Assembly (NCBI GenBank): GCA_002256025.1
Contig: NKIB01015351.1
Location: 1-36,371 of the forward strand
Direction of reading: 5' to 3'
Length of the DNA stretch: 36,371 bases
From: Asterionella formosa
Taxonomy: Eukaryota
Both the position numbers and the translations under genes were made by a program. Below the pieces are notes generated by a model. It saw only the letters and a program-made list of their open reading frames with translations. It did no database searches and was not told where the DNA came from. This document shows positions 31,830 through 36,371 of this stretch, piece after piece; position 1 is the stretch's first letter, and each line of letters begins with the position of its first letter.

Positions 31830-31898
31830 GCAAGTTGCGGTAAATGAGAAATTTATCTTTGTTTTCCTTTTAGTGAAAACCGTCTTTTACTGCAACTC
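31830..31898 (+). repeat. Mini inverted-repeat element, family B (copy 2)
   Basis: gcaagttgcggtaaatgagaaattt.tctttgttttcc...gaaaaccgtcttttactgcaact; the termini are inverted and shared with family A. Confidence 0.65.
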
Positions 31899-32148
31899 CC
31901 TCTGATACTGGTACCCGTACCTGGTACCAGGTAACAGATATACTACCTTGTACAGAGGTACTGTCTGATTGTACCATGTAAGCCTAAGCCGTATACCGGT
32001 ACGTAGATGCGAACCAAGGATGATGTGTGTTGTGATCACCTGCTGCCGCCGCTGCTGATGGGAAAGCTTCACTCGTAATTATATTTTACGTTCGTCAAGG
32101 AATGATTGCAAGCCATCAATATCGCCAGACGGAAGGTTTTCGTTCACC

Positions 32149-34437
32149 ATGACGAGACAGTGGCAATCATCGAAAGATCAAACAATAATAAAGAATCATG
32201 CTCTTGCTAAGCCAAGCCATCTTCCATTGATAATATTGGCGTTGCTTTTTATGACAGGTCGTTGTGCTGAGCCGTCATCCCAGCATCGGCGTCGTGTTTA
32301 CTTTGGATCGATCAGCTCGTTGACTGCTCCGGTTATCGTTGCAAGTCGCAAAAAAGCAGTGATACCGCAAGAGTACTATCTAGAACAAGAAGAAGTAAGT
32401 AGAGAGGGGAAGCTGTGGCCACCTTGGCCTTTCAACTTAATTGGTAGGAGGAGACAGAAATCAAGCGCCGAAAACGGAAACTTTGGCGTTTCAGGGTCAC
32501 TTTTTTGGTCTTACTTGCGCGAAAGGGCCAGATCTGGAGCCAGGCAGATGCAACAAGGTAAGTTCCGAAAATACTCGTTTGTAACGAATGTTCGTATCGA
32601 GGCTACCGGTAGTAAGATTCGACATTCACTGACCCGTTCTATAGTCGGAAGTGAGCTATGGTTCCATCTGCCGCCAGCTACCCCACCATTGTTACTTTTA
32701 GCCTCAATACCCCGGAACAAAGTTGTTCCTTCTGTGTTTTCAAATCCGTTTGTAAGGAACCTACTGTTTGCATCTTTTGGGGTTGGTATCATGAGCTGGG
32801 CTCATTCTAAACTAAACAAACAGCGACGGTTGGTGTTGCTACCACTTCCGGAGCACTACAGAGATATTCACAAGGCAGTCTTACCTCACTTTCTACCAGA
32901 ACAGGTGCCTAACTTAGCTGATATTTCACCAGTGCAGAAAGATATTGCAATTGAACCTGTCAAGGAAAAGGCAGTTGAGTTGTCGGATGATGCAGGACTG
33001 TCCCCAAAACTTCGCAAACACCTCATCAACTTTTACCAATCCGCTCCAAGACCAGCTACTTTGAGGGACACATTTCGGGCATTTGGTAGGTTGCAAGAGT
33101 CAAGAAAATTGGATCGAGAACGAGCACATCGTGCTACAATTTATGATGAATTGGTGGCGTTGCAGGCCTTGAAACGTCAGGTGAATCAAAGGAAGAAACG
33201 ACAACAGCAGCAAACGAGCCTACCAAATCCAGACGATGACGATATGGGATATGCTCTCGTAACGGGCGCATCGAAAGGAATTGGTCGGGCCCTTGCGGTG
33301 GAGCTTGCTCGTTGGGAGATTCCGCTCATCCTGGTCGCCCGTGATGTCGACAAGTTGACATCACTGGCGAGTGATATTGAGCGATGTTATGGTATCAAAT
33401 GCATTGTCCTTCCCGCGGATCTTTCGAAAGCTGGCACAGCAGAGAAAATCCACAGTGCAACAAGGGTTGCTGGTCTCCGTGTCGATATTGTGGTTAACAA
33501 TGCTGGGATATCTTCAGTGGGATCATTCGTTGACACACCCGTGACGGAGATACAAGAGATCATTCAGGTAAATGCAGTTTCTGTCGCAACGTTGAGCCAC
33601 TTGTACTGCAAAGATATGAAGGAGCGACGACGGGGCCGCCTACTTATGGTTTCGTCAGTGACTGGAAGTGTCCCTGGTAGTCCGAATGCAGCTTGCTATG
33701 CCGCGACTAAGTCGTTTGAGAAGGTTCTCGCCGTGTCAATGGCCAAAGAACTTGAGCCTTTTGGTGTCGGTGTAACGTGCCTCATGCCCGGGGCAGTTTG
33801 CGATACGTCATTCCGATCAACTAGTCAAAGCGATGAAGCTTTATGTTGGAAGTTGCCATTTTATCCTCGATCCGCTCAGATAGTTGCTCGGCAGGGTGTC
33901 CGAGCCATGCTAGCCGGAGATGTCGAAGTTGTACCTGGATGGCAAAACAGAATATTTTTGAAAGTGCTCCAACCAATCTTGCCTCCGCGAGTGACAACAT
34001 TGATGGTTGAAATTGCATGGAGCCCCTTTCAGCTATCTTTTCCTTCCTTCAGAAAGGCACCAAAACTTGAGATCGAGATGGAGAAACCAACGAGTCTACC
34101 AGGAATATCTACTGGTCAATCCAATTGGCCAGGTTACACTTCGAGACCTCCCCCCAGGCTTATCAAATTAACGGATACAACAGTCGATCCCCAGGAAGAA
34201 TCCTCCTCTGTAGTGTCGGTCGTGCCTCAAAGTACTTTTCTAGATGAAAGTACTCCGGATCCTAGTAGTAAGAATATGGACCTCCCCTTGTATTCCGTCG
34301 ACAGTCACGAACCATCGGTCAGCATGCCTCCTCACCACCCAATGGAATCTAGCAACGATTCACTGAGCATGAGTGAAGACGCGACCAGTTTGGACAATGA
34401 ACAAGACACTGTTTTGATGATGGATAGTTTAATATAA
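32149..34437 (+). CDS. Short-chain dehydrogenase/reductase (classical SDR) with long N- and C-terminal extensions; probable 87-bp intron at 32558-32644
   Basis: ALVTGASKGIG, LILVAR, VVNNAG, SS, YAATK and PG motifs. The putative intron GTAAGT...CTGAC...TAG is in frame. Confidence 0.87.
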   Translation: MTRQWQSSKDQTIIKNHALAKPSHLPLIILALLFMTGRCAEPSSQHRRRVYFGSISSLTAPVIVASRKKAVIPQEYYLEQEEVSREGKLWPPWPFNLIGRRRQKSSAENGNFGVSGSLFWSYLRERARSGARQMQQGKFRKYSFVTNVRIEATGSKIRHSLTRSIVGSELWFHLPPATPPLLLLASIPRNKVVPSVFSNPFVRNLLFASFGVGIMSWAHSKLNKQRRLVLLPLPEHYRDIHKAVLPHFLPEQVPNLADISPVQKDIAIEPVKEKAVELSDDAGLSPKLRKHLINFYQSAPRPATLRDTFRAFGRLQESRKLDRERAHRATIYDELVALQALKRQVNQRKKRQQQQTSLPNPDDDDMGYALVTGASKGIGRALAVELARWEIPLILVARDVDKLTSLASDIERCYGIKCIVLPADLSKAGTAEKIHSATRVAGLRVDIVVNNAGISSVGSFVDTPVTEIQEIIQVNAVSVATLSHLYCKDMKERRRGRLLMVSSVTGSVPGSPNAACYAATKSFEKVLAVSMAKELEPFGVGVTCLMPGAVCDTSFRSTSQSDEALCWKLPFYPRSAQIVARQGVRAMLAGDVEVVPGWQNRIFLKVLQPILPPRVTTLMVEIAWSPFQLSFPSFRKAPKLEIEMEKPTSLPGISTGQSNWPGYTSRPPPRLIKLTDTTVDPQEESSSVVSVVPQSTFLDESTPDPSSKNMDLPLYSVDSHEPSVSMPPHHPMESSNDSLSMSEDATSLDNEQDTVLMMDSLI

Positions 34438-34677
34438 TACAAGCTAGAATATCTACAACCCGCCGTGGAATGACAGCGTATGTAGAATCGGCTTAAAGGA
34501 CGTGCTGCTGGAGAGTCGCGAGCTCACAAGACAGCGTCACAATACATTGGATTCGACGTAGGTCAGCAGTTCGACCTGTATAAACATATATGGTCTCCAA
34601 GTCGGAACAAAAGTGCTGTGATTCGGAGCTTTTCTTCAGGGGGCGACCAGAGAAACTGAGTGAGAATGCAATGACAT

Positions 34678-35818
34678 TCATGTCAATTCCCCGCGTTCGG
34701 TATCGTTAATAGCATTTACTACCAATGGGTCCCTCTGAGTAAAGAACAGACAGCAATTCATTAGATGGCAAGATTCGAACAATGGACCAAGCTATGTATT
34801 TCTTCAAACAACCATGCACTGCGTTGCTTAGAGCGAAAGCACTTACACGATACATATGATCCTCACTCTCGTCGTCAATGTCTTCCAAAATGCCATTCTC
34901 CTTATTTTCATGTATCAAAATCCAGACCCCAGCCATCAAAATCACCAGGCCCAATGGGTACATGACGTAATTAAGCATGGTAGTAAGATTTTCAAACGTT
35001 TCGTAATGAATAGCGCTCATAATACTCGCAGACACAACAAAACTTCCCACAAACATGGCCGATGAGTATGTGGCATCATATCGCTTCATACAGGCCGTCA
35101 AAAAAAGAAGCCCTCCAAAAGCCGTTGCCATGGCCAAGAGGACCATAAGTGGTAGAAACCAAGGCATGGGTTCACCTGATTTGGTAATGGTGAGGGTGTC
35201 CTTCAGAAAATTTTGCAAACCAGTAATGCTACCACCAGATACGCCCCAAGCAAATCGTTTAGCAAAGCCTTTGCCGTGTCTAATCCAATACACCATTGTC
35301 ACCATCCATGCCGCAACCCCAAAAAAGTAGAGAATCATGGCAGGTTCACGGTACGATTCTTTGACGTCCTGAACGGTCACTCCTTCGTCATTTGTATGAT
35401 CACCAAAGACTGCCACAACAACTTCACCGATGATAATCAAAGCGGCTGCCATGACTTGCATCCTGCTGGGACGTTCGCCAATGACCGAATTACTGAAAAG
35501 AACAATCCACACCAGTGTGAGTCCCGAAAATGGAGCCAAAATGGAAGGCGATGCATAATTCATTGCAAGCACGCAACAAATTGGATTTAAAAACGTCATG
35601 CCAATCATTCCCATGACTCGAAGGAATTTGGGTAGACAGCTGTAGTAGTAGTGTCGTGGAGCCGCATTCATTGTTCGGTCAGACCCGTCCCTACTAAGCT
35701 CCAGCAGCCATGACTTGCGAATCGCCAACTTACTGGCACCTCCAATAATGCTAGCAAGGATGGATAATGATATTCCCTTACCCCAGTCTTCTATTGTAAC
35801 AGCTGAAGAAGAGGACAT
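34678..35818 (-). CDS. NIPA-family (DMT superfamily) magnesium transporter-like membrane protein (exons 35818-34847 and probably 34734-34678)
   Basis: About nine hydrophobic segments; GISLSILASIIGG, AMNYASPSILAPFSGLTLVW..LFS..VIGE, LTACMKRYDAT. Donor GTAAGT at 34846, branch CTAAT and CAG acceptor at 34735 give an 18-aa final exon. Confidence 0.82.
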
Positions 35819-36371
35819 TGTGTGCGTTGTTCCGGGTGGAGTGGATTCGTTGGGCGCGAATCTGGGAAATGGGAATTTGCTGCTTTCAATTGCCCTTCTC
35901 TGCTTCTGATATCCTCTTCTTTGTAGATTATTGCAATTTATTCGGGAGGTATTTGGTGTTATGGGACAAATACTGCAGTGACGTTAGTGGCGAAGGGTGA
36001 CGATCCCGATGAATTCTATTCCCACAACAATTAAGCAAAACCGACAAGTAATGCAGGAATGTCAGAAATATTATGATTGAATAATATACCGGTATTTACA
36101 TATACATATACCCATCATCCATAAAAGTACCAAGTTTCACTGATGCGAATCTCTTATAAATTTATATTTTTGGCTGCCTGTATGTATGGTGCTTCTATGT
36201 GACCATGATTTGCTGTAACAACAATAGAATCAGTTAAATCGTTTGCCTTATTCCGAAATCATCACAAGCAAAATAGGGAATAGAGAAAATGAATCATTTG
36301 CATATACTAAAGCAAAAATGCAAAATTCAGTCTGAAGCTCACCATCGGAAGGAGCTACCGGTACCTGGTAC

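Overview
Eukaryotic nuclear DNA, most likely from a pennate diatom: genes are compact, introns are short GT-AG, and several proteins carry bipartite signal-peptide + 'AF' plastid-targeting motifs. Genes found: a PIF/Harbinger DDE transposase running off the left edge, an MpaB/Lcp-like (DUF2236) oxygenase, a plastid VTT/DedA membrane protein, ABCF3/GCN20, a GRAB-domain golgin, an unknown membrane-anchored protein whose intron hosts a box C/D snoRNA, a Sen1-like helicase with an inserted WW-like domain, a beta-propeller repeat protein, two tandem plastid thioredoxins, an SDR and a NIPA-family transporter. Non-genic structure: (1) a 2.44-kb non-autonomous Harbinger-type element (25-bp TIRs, TGA target duplication) carrying decayed PP2C and AspRS gene fragments; (2) a possible old TIR element at 18.7-22.6 kb; (3) two ~70-90-bp MITE-like families; (4) a palindromic GGTACC(A/T) repeat found upstream of essentially every host gene; (5) an assembly gap at ~17.5 kb. 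Most notable are the gene-capturing 'Pack-Harbinger', the thioredoxin pair with complementary cysteine losses (WCGPS and WSGPC), and the promoter-restricted palindromic repeats. All calls come from manual reading and motif recognition; no searches were run.
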